A stretch of 64,000 nt of DNA from Terriglobia bacterium (GCA_020072645.1 JAIQGK010000013.1:89809-153808), one strand, 5' to 3'; counted from the stretch's first letter, positions 28,041 through 37,085 are shown. Made by a program: numbers and translations. Notes: a model not told the origin generated them from the letters alone.

Positions 28041-28137
28041 TTGCGGCGAGTCCGACTTGCGCGCCGAGCCGCCTGCTACAGGTGCCAGAAGATTCTTCGG
28101 CTAAGAACACTCTCTAGCGGTTTGGAGCGAAGCGACA
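28041..28137 (-). repeat. family D element (~95 nt), single inverted copy in the rpsB-tsf spacer
   Basis: The reverse complement reads tgtcgcttcgctccaaaccgct...gcacctgtagcaggcggctcggcgcgcaagtcggactcgccgc. This matches both ends of the 99-bp tandem units at 55478-55675. Confidence 0.8.
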
Positions 28138-28146
28138 AGGAAGGTC

Positions 28147-29052
28147 CTAAACGGTCTTGGCCACGTCCGCTTCCGGAACATCGACCGGCGTTGCCGTCTC
28201 AGACTCCGGTGCTTTCCGCACCTTGCCGCCCAGGACCTCTTCCATGTTCAGCTGCTCTTCTTCCGCCAGATCGGCAGAAGTGGGAGCAGACTGGCCCTGA
28301 TTGGCAGCGGCAGCGCGCGCTTCACCGGCAGCGGCAGCATCGGCAATTTCCGCGCCCTGCTTGTCCGTAGCGGCCTGTACGCCTTCAGCAATGGAGTCGG
28401 CGACCTTCGACGCAAACAAGCGGATCGCTCTCAGCGCGTCGTCGTTGCCCGGGATGACCCAGTCAACTTCCGTGGGATCGCAATTCGTATCAACCACGGC
28501 AACCACTGGAATACCCAGCTTGCGGGCTTCCTTCACCGCAATGGCTTCCTTATTGGAGTCGATCACAAAGACCACGTCAGGCAGGCGCGTCATGCTCTTG
28601 ATGCCGGCCAGGTTGGCCTGCAGGTGCTTGCGTTCGCGTTCCAGCTTAATGACTTCTTTTTTCGGCAGCAGCTCGTAGCGACCATCCGTGGCCATCTCAT
28701 CGAGCTCTTTCAGCCGTTTTACTGATTTCTGTACGGTGACCCAGTTGGTCAGCAATCCGCCCAGCCAGCGGTTGTTCACATAGAACATTCCGCATCGTCC
28801 GGCTTCTTCTGCGATTGCGTCCTGGGCTTGCCGTTTGGTGCCGACGAACAGCACAGTCCGGCCGTCCGCGGCGGCGTCCTGCACAAACTTGCTCGCGTCC
28901 TTGAACATCTTGAGCGTCTTCTGCAGGTCGATGATGTAAATCCCGTTGCGTTCCCCAAAGATGTATTCCTTCATCTTGGGGTTCCAGCGCTTGGTCTGGT
29001 GGCCAAAGTGGACACCCGCCTCAAGCAGCTCTTTCATGGTGATGTTAGCCAA
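28147..29052 (-). CDS. rpsB: 30S ribosomal protein S2 (with an acidic/Ala-rich C-terminal extension)
   Basis: [22 protein letters not shown]... 301 aa, so the C-terminal ~50 aa go beyond a typical S2. Confidence 0.95.
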   Translation of the reverse strand: MANITMKELLEAGVHFGHQTKRWNPKMKEYIFGERNGIYIIDLQKTLKMFKDASKFVQDAAADGRTVLFVGTKRQAQDAIAEEAGRCGMFYVNNRWLGGLLTNWVTVQKSVKRLKELDEMATDGRYELLPKKEVIKLERERKHLQANLAGIKSMTRLPDVVFVIDSNKEAIAVKEARKLGIPVVAVVDTNCDPTEVDWVIPGNDDALRAIRLFASKVADSIAEGVQAATDKQGAEIADAAAAGEARAAAANQGQSAPTSADLAEEEQLNMEEVLGGKVRKAPESETATPVDVPEADVAKTV

Positions 29053-29261
29053 AATACCTCCTTATTGAATTGCATCCTCTGCGGCTCGCTTGCCCGCTCG
29101 GGATTTATTCCCTGCTCCGCTCCCGTTGGTGCGGGAGGGAAGATTTTTGATCCCGGTGATCAAACGCTCAGTTCCGCCCCTCGGGATCCCAGGACGGTTG
29201 AGCAAAAGCAAACTTGGTCAGACAAAAGCAGAGCACGGCCAATGCCGTCCTGCTCAAAAAA

Positions 29262-29657
29262 TTATCGCTTGCTGAACTGGAACCTCTTGCGGGCTCCCTT
29301 TTGTCCATACTTTTTGCGCTCTTTGCCGCGAGCATCGCGGGAAAGGAAGCCTTCAGCCTTCAGCTTCTTGCGCAGTTCCAGGTTGAACTCCAGCAGCGCG
29401 CGGGCAATGCCCATCTTTAAAGCGCCGGCCTGGCCGTTGATTCCGCCGCCTGAAACGGTTGCGGTAATGTTGAAGGTGGAGCTGGTCTCGCTCGTGACGA
29501 GTGGCTGTTTCACTTCAACGCGCTGCGCGCCGGTCAGGAAATATTTGTCAAATTCGCGCCCGTTCACCACAAACTTGCCGTCGCCGGGACGCAGGAAAAC
29601 CCGGGCCACGCTCGACTTGCGGCGTCCGGTACCGTAATACTGAACTTGTTCAGCCAT
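29262..29657 (-). CDS. rpsI: 30S ribosomal protein S9
   Basis: 131 aa with [19 protein letters not shown] ... [10 protein letters not shown]. Confidence 0.95.
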   Translation of the reverse strand: MAEQVQYYGTGRRKSSVARVFLRPGDGKFVVNGREFDKYFLTGAQRVEVKQPLVTSETSSTFNITATVSGGGINGQAGALKMGIARALLEFNLELRKKLKAEGFLSRDARGKERKKYGQKGARKRFQFSKR

Positions 29658-29681
29658 CTTTTCTCAATCGCTCCAAATAAT

Positions 29682-29770
29682 CTTGTAAACCAAATCTTGT
29701 GGACCGCAGCCACTCTCCGCTGCGATTTTCCGAAACCAAAACTTGTAAACCGCAGACGCCCTCGGCTGCG
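29682..29770. repeat. family C hairpin repeats, two adjacent copies in the rplM-rpsI spacer
   Basis: cttgtaaaccaaatcttgtggaccgcagccactctccgctgcg (29682-29724) and cttgtaaaccgcagacgccctcggctgcg (29742-29770). A third copy is at 30627-30668. Confidence 0.8.
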
Positions 29771-29880
29771 AATCGAACTCTCTCGGTATTTGGCGTCAAG
29801 CCACGAACAGCGTTGCCCGATTCCAACTTGCTCGCATCGCCTACGCCTTGCCAAATACCAACTACTAAATACCGGTTTTC

Positions 29881-30327
29881 TTACGCCTGCTTGCGACCCG
29901 CCAGCTCCAGAGCCTGTGGCTTCTGCGCCTGATGATCATGCTTGTCGCCGACGTAAACTTTCAGCTTCTTGCCCATGGCCTTGCCCATCTTGTTCTTGGG
30001 CAGCATGCCCAGAATCGCCTCTTGCACCACGCGGTCCGGCCTGCGATCAAACAGCTTGCGGAACTGCTCTTCGCGCAGTCCGCCGGGAAAGCCCGTGTAA
30101 TGCCGATACATCTTCTGTTCGGTCTTCATGCCGGTCACGCGGATCTTGCCCGCGTTGATTACGATCACATGATCGCCAGCGTCAATAAACGGTGTGTAAA
30201 GAGGCGACTCTTTACCAGCCAGAATGCTGGCCACACGCGAGGCCAGCCGCCCCAGCGTCTGCCCTGAAGCATCCACCACAAACCATTTGCGCGCAATGTC
30301 CTGCCCGCCTGGAAAACGGGTTACCAT
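29881..30327 (-). CDS. rplM: 50S ribosomal protein L13
   Basis: The track ORF is trimmed to the ATG at 30327 ([30 protein letters not shown]...). The upstream extension has no L13 counterpart. Confidence 0.93.
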   Translation of the reverse strand: MVTRFPGGQDIARKWFVVDASGQTLGRLASRVASILAGKESPLYTPFIDAGDHVIVINAGKIRVTGMKTEQKMYRHYTGFPGGLREEQFRKLFDRRPDRVVQEAILGMLPKNKMGKAMGKKLKVYVGDKHDHQAQKPQALELAGRKQA

Positions 30328-30573
30328 TTCCAAACTCCTGAGAATAAAAGCACTAAGAAAGACCGCTCGATGACGCCACTTACTTCCTGACGGGGAAGAC
30401 ACAAGGCGGGCCAACTGCAGAGCAGTGAAGGTTTAAGAATACCCAACTTGCCCCAAATATGTCAACGCCAGCACCCAGGAAAGCAACCCGGGCATTCGGC
30501 CAGCAGCCCTTATTCTAACCGATTACGGCATTGTTTGGGCATGTGACCTTTATTCTTAGGCCTTGTGATTTTT

Positions 30574-30600
30574 GTGGCACAGGCACTCTTGCCTGTGTCC
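30574..30600. repeat. family E palindromic hairpin, copy 1
   Basis: gtggcacaggca-ctct-tgcctgtgtcc. Near-identical to tgtggcacagaca-ctc-ctgtctgtgc at 38201-38226. Confidence 0.75.
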
Positions 30601-30626
30601 GATCCTTGCTGTTCCGCCGCGTTATT

Positions 30627-30668
30627 CTTGTAACTCGAACTGTGGACCGCAGTCGCCCTCGCCTGCGC
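30627..30668. repeat. family C hairpin repeat, third copy (upstream of rplM)
   Basis: cttgtaactcgaactgtggaccgcagtcgccctcgcctgcg. Confidence 0.75.
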
Positions 30669-30695
30669 TGTAGAATTCTGTCGTACAGGACTGCA

Positions 30696-31000
30696 TTCCG
30701 ATCCTGTTCTTCTCCGCGTCCCCGCGCCTCCGCGGTGAGCTTTTGTTTTTCCGATCACGCGCGATGTCGGCGATCACGGCAATTTCTTGTGCAGCTGGGG
30801 ATCCATGAATACCCTACCCCTCCCCTGGTCCCCATTTCTAAAGGACTTACACGATTCCTCCCCACGTGTCCCCATCCGTCCTTGTTGCAAACAAAGCCCT
30901 TTGTCTAAATCCTCCCCATTTGATCCCCATTTTGGCTGAGAGATCAGGCAGAGGGTCACAACCCATAAAGCACAAAACGCAACGGAATCTCCGTTGCGCG
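30696..31000. repeat. composite intergenic repeat, family A, copy 2 (expanded)
   Basis: Same block order as 11083-11281, with an extra ~110-nt C-tract/TCCCCA-box segment (30812-30930). It ends in the identical cgcaacgg/ccgttgcg hairpin (30978-30998), followed on the minus strand by ttttgtgc. Confidence 0.8.
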
Positions 31001-31089
31001 TGGCGATTGCTCGTGTGGCATCCCCACTATGCTCCTCGCTTGGGTCGGGAAGCATAATCCTAAAAAGCGGATCAGGGCTTTCTTTTCAC

Positions 31090-31356
31090 CTAATGTCGAG
31101 CAGCATACACCAATGCTGTGCATGACAGGATCACGATGGCTACCACGATTCCCGCCAAAAGCAAGTCGCTGGGCTCCCATGTTTTTCCTTGTGGGGTAGA
31201 AGCGGTTGGCGACGGCGCGTCTTTCTCGTTTTTGTTGACGCTTGAAGTTAACGCCTCTTTCTTGCCATCCTTTTCCCCGGTTCCAGCCTCAAGCTTGCTT
31301 TCGATTTCATCGAATACACAGGTTGCCATATTCGCCTTCGTCCTTTCTTCACACAT
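31090..31356 (-). CDS. hypothetical small single-pass membrane protein (88 aa; alternative start 31329)
   Basis: An acidic/Lys-rich N-terminal half, then a C-terminal TM helix (LLLAGIVVAIVILSCTALVYAA). It lies 56 nt downstream of the HEPN-like gene on the same strand and is lower in GC than its surroundings by eye. Confidence 0.5.
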   Translation of the reverse strand: MCEERTKANMATCVFDEIESKLEAGTGEKDGKKEALTSSVNKNEKDAPSPTASTPQGKTWEPSDLLLAGIVVAIVILSCTALVYAARH

Positions 31357-31412
31357 TCCTGAAGAAATGATGCCATAATCGAAGACAAACGGGAAGTCTA
31401 ATCAATTAGGCA

Positions 31413-32291
31413 TTACTCGTGGAGTTTCGTCGCCAAATGACGCATAAATGATCTGACCGCCATAAATATTTCCTCTGCTGTTTCATCTATGTAGGTACGG
31501 TCTACATGCATGGTTGGATTGCGCCATGCAGTTTTTATGTGCCCGATCTGTGCCGCCATTTCAGAAAAAAACAACTCATCCGGTGTTCTTGCGCCGGACG
31601 CCTTATAACGATCCGTCAACGCTTTGTCTATGTCGGCTAGATTCCTTCCCCAGTCGGGACGCGCAGGCAATCCGAGTTCTTTAACTAGAGCCTTGAGACC
31701 GGTTTCGATCACACGGCTGAGATGCATTACACAGGCTGTGGCCCGGCCAAGCGCCAAGCACTTCCCGGCTTCTTCGAGATCAAAAGCGGTTGATGGAAAT
31801 GCGTCCTGTACGCCTTTTCCCCACAGCTTTTCTTTCCGGTCACGTAATGACGAGGTCCCGACCAATGTGGCGGATGCTTTTTCGTCTTCCGTTTCTTGAA
31901 GATAGAACTCTGCGTGAGCGGGTGCTACAAATAAAAATAAGCGTGCATCCATCTCATCGCGAATACGGGAATCCAGCTCGTTTATTCCAGTGACGACATC
32001 TTGGTTGGTTACATCCTGGCTCAACTCGCTGCTTAACCGCTCAACATGAATTACAGATAGTTGTAGGCCGATCTTTTCACAATGATCTTTGATGGCGGCG
32101 TAAAACAGTGCCAATCCCTCTTTGTCGCCACTACTTAGCGTCGCATCTGGGGCACTCGTATAAAGCTTGACCCCTTCGAGCCGTAGAGTTTTTGAGATAT
32201 TGAGAGTATGCGCGGTCTTGACCTGCTCTAAGAGTCGGCCAATTTGATAGAAAGCACGGGCGGCAAACCTCTCCATTTTTTCACTCACCAA
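31413..32291 (-). CDS. hypothetical protein with a C-terminal HEPN-like (Rx4H) domain; candidate RNase toxin/abortive-infection effector
   Basis: 292 aa (TTG at 32291, ATG at 32276). The C-terminal ~125 aa look like a helical bundle: EEAGKCLALGRATACVMHLSRVIETGLKAL ... IGHIKTAWRNPTMHVD ... AEEIFMAVRSFMRHLATKL. The RNPTMH codons are at 31506-31523. The N-terminal ~160 aa are unrecognised. Lower GC by eye. Confidence 0.6.
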   Translation of the reverse strand: MVSEKMERFAARAFYQIGRLLEQVKTAHTLNISKTLRLEGVKLYTSAPDATLSSGDKEGLALFYAAIKDHCEKIGLQLSVIHVERLSSELSQDVTNQDVVTGINELDSRIRDEMDARLFLFVAPAHAEFYLQETEDEKASATLVGTSSLRDRKEKLWGKGVQDAFPSTAFDLEEAGKCLALGRATACVMHLSRVIETGLKALVKELGLPARPDWGRNLADIDKALTDRYKASGARTPDELFFSEMAAQIGHIKTAWRNPTMHVDRTYIDETAEEIFMAVRSFMRHLATKLHE

Positions 32292-32663
32292 GAAGCTGAT
32301 ACGGATGCTCGACCCAAAGGGAGGAGGATATCAAAAATCAGCTGTTCATTAGGACCGTTGCGCAGTGATTTCTCTCACCAGCAATAAAACACGGGGTATA
32401 TTATTTCAAAAATCTAGCCAACATAGTGAGGGTAAGCGGCTTCACCATCGATAAGAACCTCTCACACATCCGAAAATGCCTCCAAACGAGAAGAAATGTC
32501 AGGGAGTGTCACAGCACAACTTGAGCGGCGGCCTGCGAAGTCGTGCCGAAAGACGCCCTTTCCACAAACTCCTTACTGCCGTAGGCCCGCGCGCAGGCGA
32601 AGCCGGAGCGCCAAAGAAAAACCACCCAAACTTTACGCATCCTGTTTTACACTTCTTCCCGCC

Positions 32664-33485
32664 ATGAATCGCAAAGCAGCTTTCCTCTTACTGGCCGCTT
32701 CTCTCCTCCAAACCGCTATCGCACATGCCGACAGCCTCAAGGACGCCCTCAACGACAAATACAAGGACCAGATTCTGGCGCTCCGCTCTCCGCTCACCAA
32801 GGGCGACCAGAAATTTGATTCCGCCGGCCACTCTCTCAGTATCGCCAAGAGTTCGGGCTGGCTTCTTTACGGTGGAATCTCCGTTAAAAGAATAGACCTC
32901 TCGTCGGACACCTTGCGGGTGGAGGGGGATGGTGCCACATCCTACCTGGAGAAAAGGATTGGCAAGGTCATTGTGATGCCCTTTGGCAAGGCCCGGCACA
33001 TAGAAATCCATCTCGACCAACCTCTCAACTCCGTGGACGAGGCGGATGCCATCATGGACCGGATTTTCTTTCTCGGTCCCGACGCTGTTGACCACATCAG
33101 GCCTGAGTTCCGCCGGGCCAATGACAACACTCCAGACTCTGAGATCTCTAAAGTTTCACAGCGTGAGTTCAAACCCGCGAGTGCGAACACGGCGGGTTCC
33201 AACGATAACAATGACAAGGTACTTCCTCCCCGGCCAACATATACCCCTGAGCCGGAGTATTCCGCGCAAGCTAGCCACGCGAAGTATCAGGGGACCGTGG
33301 TTCTGGGCATTGTTATTGACAAAGCCGGAAAGATTTCCCGGATCAGGTTAGATAGACCTCTGGGCATGGGCCTTGATGAAAACGCGATGGAAACCGTTAA
33401 GCAGTGGCGCTTTAGTCCGGCAATGCGCAACGGTGAAGCCGTCGCTGTGGCCATGAGCATCGAGGTAAGTTTCAATCTTCATTGA
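32664..33485 (+). CDS. secreted TonB C-terminal-domain protein
   Basis: The track ORF is trimmed to the ATG at 32664 (signal MNRKAAFLLLAASLLQTAIAHA). The C-terminus YTPEPEYSAQASHAKYQGTVVLGIVIDKAGKISRIRLDRPLGMGLDENAMETVKQWRFSPAMRNGEAV is TonB_C-like. Confidence 0.75.
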   Translation: MNRKAAFLLLAASLLQTAIAHADSLKDALNDKYKDQILALRSPLTKGDQKFDSAGHSLSIAKSSGWLLYGGISVKRIDLSSDTLRVEGDGATSYLEKRIGKVIVMPFGKARHIEIHLDQPLNSVDEADAIMDRIFFLGPDAVDHIRPEFRRANDNTPDSEISKVSQREFKPASANTAGSNDNNDKVLPPRPTYTPEPEYSAQASHAKYQGTVVLGIVIDKAGKISRIRLDRPLGMGLDENAMETVKQWRFSPAMRNGEAVAVAMSIEVSFNLH

Positions 33486-33630
33486 GTGGGTAAACACGTC
33501 AAAAAACAGCGCCTTTACTGCTGAAAGCCTCCGCACCATTACGCAAGCCCAATCAAGCTCCGCGACCATCGCCTATTCAAAGCTCTTGCCTTTGCTAATG
33601 GTTAGTGCATAATCCGCCACAGGAGAATCC

Positions 33631-34776
33631 ATGGCCTGGGAAAAGGACCTTGAGCGCTGGGTGGACGCGCGCCTGATTGATCCGCTCACCGCCACCCGCA
33701 TCCGCGATTTTGAAAACGCCGCTGACAAGAAAGGTTTGCGCTGGCCCGCCATTCTCGCCATCAGCTTTGGCGCGCTCATGCTCTGCGCCGGCATCCTGCT
33801 CTTCGTTGCTTCACACTGGGACGACCTTGCGCCCTCTCAGCGCTTCCTTCTTGTGCTGGCCATGGTCGGCATTTTTCACGTTGCAGCCGCCGCTCTCGGC
33901 CAAAAAGTGCCGTCCATCGGCATCGCCCTGCACCTGGCCGGGACCGCTTCTCTTGGCGCCGGAATTTACATGGCGGGCCAAATCTTCAATCTGCAGGAGC
34001 ATTGGCCCGGCGGCCTGCTGCTGTGGTCTCTGGGTGCTGCCGTAGGATGGTTGCTGCTGCGCCAGTGGCCTCAGGCCCTGCTTGCTGCCGTGCTAGTGCC
34101 GTGGTGGCTTGCTGGCGAGTGGTCGTTGGCCACGGAAGGTTACCGCGCCGCATGGAATATCGCTGCCCAGGGCCTTCTCCTGCTCGCAATTCTCTACTTC
34201 ACCGCTGCTCCCAAAGAACCCAACCGGCTTTTGCGTCTCGGCATGGTTTGGGTCGGAGCTTTATCGCTGATTCCCATGATTGCTGACGTAATCTTTACCG
34301 CGGAAGAGACGGCCTACGACTGGCGCTGGCATTCGCGGTCTTTGAACTTTCCAATTGGATTGAAAATTCTCGGCTATGCAGGCGCATACCTGCCAGTCCT
34401 GTTGCTGGCGGCATTCAAGCGAGGGCAACGTTCCATTCCCATGTTCGGCGCAGCGGTCTGGGTCTTCCTCCTCGCGATCCTGAGCAGCAAAAAGGAAGTT
34501 GAATCAAGCCCCTGGATCTATCTCTGGGTGGCCTTGGGTGCCTGCGCGCTTTGCTATTGGGGCGTACACGAAAACCGCAAACTCTTTATCAACTACGGAA
34601 CTGCTGTGTTCGCCATTGACTTGATTGCCTTCTACTTCTCCAACGTCCTGGATAAACTTGGCCGCTCCATGGGCCTGATTTTGCTCGGAGTAATTTTCCT
34701 TGCCGGAGGTTGGGTCCTCAACCGGCTGCGCGGTGATTTGATTGCCCGCGCCGCGGCAGCAGGAGCAAGCCGATGA
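33631..34776 (+). CDS. polytopic membrane protein (DUF2157-like)
   Basis: 381 aa with a soluble N-terminus (WVDARLIDPLTATRIRDFE) followed by about 10 TM helices. It is translationally coupled (ATGA) to the next gene. Confidence 0.7.
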   Translation: MAWEKDLERWVDARLIDPLTATRIRDFENAADKKGLRWPAILAISFGALMLCAGILLFVASHWDDLAPSQRFLLVLAMVGIFHVAAAALGQKVPSIGIALHLAGTASLGAGIYMAGQIFNLQEHWPGGLLLWSLGAAVGWLLLRQWPQALLAAVLVPWWLAGEWSLATEGYRAAWNIAAQGLLLLAILYFTAAPKEPNRLLRLGMVWVGALSLIPMIADVIFTAEETAYDWRWHSRSLNFPIGLKILGYAGAYLPVLLLAAFKRGQRSIPMFGAAVWVFLLAILSSKKEVESSPWIYLWVALGACALCYWGVHENRKLFINYGTAVFAIDLIAFYFSNVLDKLGRSMGLILLGVIFLAGGWVLNRLRGDLIARAAAAGASR

Positions 34777-35297
34777 AAACTCTTCAAAAAGGATTGGCGG
34801 TTGCCGTCATCCAAATCCTGATCGTTCTGAGCGTGGGCGGAAAACTGCTTTATGACCGCGCTACCAGGCCCCGCGTCTGGGTGCGCACCGCCTCTCTTGA
34901 TCCCGACCTCCCGATCCGCGGGCGATACCTCACGCTCAACCTCGAAGTCCACAACGCAGAACCCGTGCAGCCCCCGGACCCTAAGAATCCGGGCCTGTAT
35001 AACGGCGGCTACTATGTGGACCTGGCGGTGGAGAACGGCCGGCTTGTGGCTCACAAAACTGACCGGCCCACCGGGATGACGATCAATTCCTGGGGCTGGC
35101 AGCGCAATCGCGGCGGTGATATTTCTGTGCTGTCCTCTCCAGTCGTATTTTTTCTTCCCGAGCACGCTGACGCTCCGCGGGTGGGCAGAGATGGCGAACT
35201 TTGGGCAGAGGTCACGGTACCCAAAAAAGGTCCGCCTCGCCCCATTCAACTCGCCATCAAACGCGGCAGCGAATGGACGCCGCTCACTTATCGGTGA
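34773..35297 (+). CDS. GDYXXLXY-domain-like membrane-anchored protein
   Basis: 174 aa with an N-terminal TM. PIRGRYLTLNL occupies the place of the GDYxxLxY motif. Pairing with a DUF2157-type gene is typical for this family (from memory). Confidence 0.6.
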   Translation: MKTLQKGLAVAVIQILIVLSVGGKLLYDRATRPRVWVRTASLDPDLPIRGRYLTLNLEVHNAEPVQPPDPKNPGLYNGGYYVDLAVENGRLVAHKTDRPTGMTINSWGWQRNRGGDISVLSSPVVFFLPEHADAPRVGRDGELWAEVTVPKKGPPRPIQLAIKRGSEWTPLTYR

Positions 35298-35314
35298 TTT
35301 GAAAGCGCGGTGCG

Positions 35315-36100
35315 TTATCTTCCCCCAAACCGCGCTTTCCGTTTCTCTACAAAAGCTCTGATCCCTTCCTGTCCATCCGCAGTCCCGCCCGCTTCTGCGA
35401 TGGCGCGGCTTTCCAGTTCCATCTGCGTTTCCAATGTCTGGTTCCATCCGCCGTGCAAAAGACGCTTGGTCGATCCAAATGCGCCCGTCGGACCTTGCGC
35501 CAGAGAGCGAGCCAGCTCTTCTGCTCGCGACTCTAAATGTTCCGGCGCAACAACCTCCGTCACGATTCCACAGTCGCAAGCTTCCCGCGCCGACAGCGCG
35601 CGATTCGTCAGCGCCAGCTCCATCGCTCGCTTGAGTCCCACCAGTCTGGGCAGAAAATATGTCGAGCCGCCATCGGGCGCCATGCCGATCTTCGAATAGG
35701 CCATCAGAAAATTCGCCGATTCGGCGGCAATCACCAGATCGCAGGAAATCGCCAGGCTGAAACCGCCGCCTGCCGCCGATCCTTGCACCGCCGCGATCAC
35801 CGGCGCATCCAGCCGCGCAAAGCGTGAGATGGCCAGATGCAGATACGAAGTGATTTCGCGCAGATAAGCCGGCAACTCTTTTTGCGCCACAAAGACTTTC
35901 ACGTCACCGCCCGCACAAAAACTCTTGCCTGCGCCTTTCAGCAAGACCGCGCGCACGTTCGCATCGCCTTCACAGCGTAAGGCCACCGCCATCAACTGCT
36001 TCGCCATTTCCAGATCAAGCGCATTGCCGGCCTGCGGGCGGTTAAGGGTGACGTGAGCAACTTGATCGCGAACTTCAAAAAGGACGGGATCGTTAGACAT
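35315..36100 (-). CDS. enoyl-CoA hydratase/isomerase (crotonase) family protein
   Basis: 261 aa with LLKGAGKSFCAGGDVK and AAVQGSAAGGGFSLAISCDL, the crotonase oxyanion-hole segments. Confidence 0.9.
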   Translation of the reverse strand: MSNDPVLFEVRDQVAHVTLNRPQAGNALDLEMAKQLMAVALRCEGDANVRAVLLKGAGKSFCAGGDVKVFVAQKELPAYLREITSYLHLAISRFARLDAPVIAAVQGSAAGGGFSLAISCDLVIAAESANFLMAYSKIGMAPDGGSTYFLPRLVGLKRAMELALTNRALSAREACDCGIVTEVVAPEHLESRAEELARSLAQGPTGAFGSTKRLLHGGWNQTLETQMELESRAIAEAGGTADGQEGIRAFVEKRKARFGGR

Positions 36101-36197
36101 GTTTACTCCTTGACCGCTTCTGCAGCGAATTCAATTGTGTGGATTGACCACTTGTTTCAGGTTGATTAATGTTGCTGTCATTCACTCATTTCAAGGT

Positions 36198-37085
36198 ATG
36201 CGCTCGAAGACGAAGATGAATTATAAGGCGATGTTTTTGCTTCTTGCCCTCGGCGCTACCACTTCATGTACCAAACATGAACAACCGGCTCCGCCAGATC
36301 ATCCCCGCCTCACTTCCGGCGTAAGGATGATCGACGTGACATTTCACTCTGCCGCGCTCAACCGAGACATGCCGTACCGAGTAATCGTGTCGGCAAACAT
36401 CCCCGCTAACCAGAGGCTCCCCGTGTTTTACCTGCTTCATGGCGGTGGCGGTGGCTTTCATGACTGGTCAAACTATTCTGACGTTGCTGGCTATGCTGAG
36501 CGCGGCCTGATCCTGGTCATGCCGGAAGGCAACAGCTCTTACTACACAAACTCAGCCGATAGACGGCAGGATCGCTATGAAGACTACATCGTGCATGACC
36601 TCATCGCTGATGTGGAGAGCCGGTTTCCTGCCGCGTCTGATCGCGAACACCGAGCAATAGCAGGTGTCTCCATGGGAGGTTTTGGGGCAATCGTGCTTGC
36701 TCTCAAGCATCCTGACCTGTTTGTTTTTGCCGGCGGACTAAGTTCAGCGCTCGATGTTCCCAGCCGCCCTTTCTCTATCAAACGTGTCGGACAATACCGT
36801 CAGCACAGCTCTATCTTTGGCTCGTGGGGAAGTCAGAGCCGCCGGGCCAGTGATCCCTTTGTCCTTATCCGCTCCGTTGATCCACCTACTGCCCCGTATC
36901 TGTTTCTTACCTGTGGCGACCAGGAAGGCCTGTTGCCCACCAACCGCAGATTCGCTGCCATGCTGCAAACAAGGCATTTCAGCTATGAGTTCCACACCGT
37001 CGTCGGAGGACACGACTGGAACCAGTGGAACCGCAACATTCCTGATCTGATGAAAAGCGCAATCAACCACCTGAGTCCAGAGTGA
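36198..37085 (+). CDS. secreted/lipoprotein esterase (esterase D / putative esterase family, alpha/beta hydrolase)
   Basis: Trimmed to the ATG at 36198. Signal plus lipobox-like LALGATTSC, then LHGGGGGFHDW and the nucleophile elbow GVSMGG. Confidence 0.8.
   Translation: MRSKTKMNYKAMFLLLALGATTSCTKHEQPAPPDHPRLTSGVRMIDVTFHSAALNRDMPYRVIVSANIPANQRLPVFYLLHGGGGGFHDWSNYSDVAGYAERGLILVMPEGNSSYYTNSADRRQDRYEDYIVHDLIADVESRFPAASDREHRAIAGVSMGGFGAIVLALKHPDLFVFAGGLSSALDVPSRPFSIKRVGQYRQHSSIFGSWGSQSRRASDPFVLIRSVDPPTAPYLFLTCGDQEGLLPTNRRFAAMLQTRHFSYEFHTVVGGHDWNQWNRNIPDLMKSAINHLSPE

Noticed and set aside
29100-29200. A possible structured S2 autoregulatory leader in the rpsI-rpsB spacer (hairpins ctcccg-ttggtg-cgggag and tttgatc-ccggt-gatcaaa).
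   Set aside because: The hairpins are short, and I know of no conserved rpsB leader motif for this lineage to compare against. I cannot distinguish it from generic GC-rich spacer folding without comparative data.
30415-31089. Short ORFs in the 675-bp region upstream of rplM (30510..30758, 30531..30908, 30774..31055, 30956..31180).
   Set aside because: All overlap dispersed repeat elements (families A, C, E), have low-complexity or junk composition, and overlap one another. I treat the region as non-coding.
32540-32625. A possible additional copy of the double-hairpin family G element upstream of the TonB-C gene (gaagtcgtgccgaaagacgccctttcc..., gcgcaggcgaagccggagcgcc).
   Set aside because: It shares only short words (gaagccggag) with 57708-57768. 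The alignment is unconvincing by eye.
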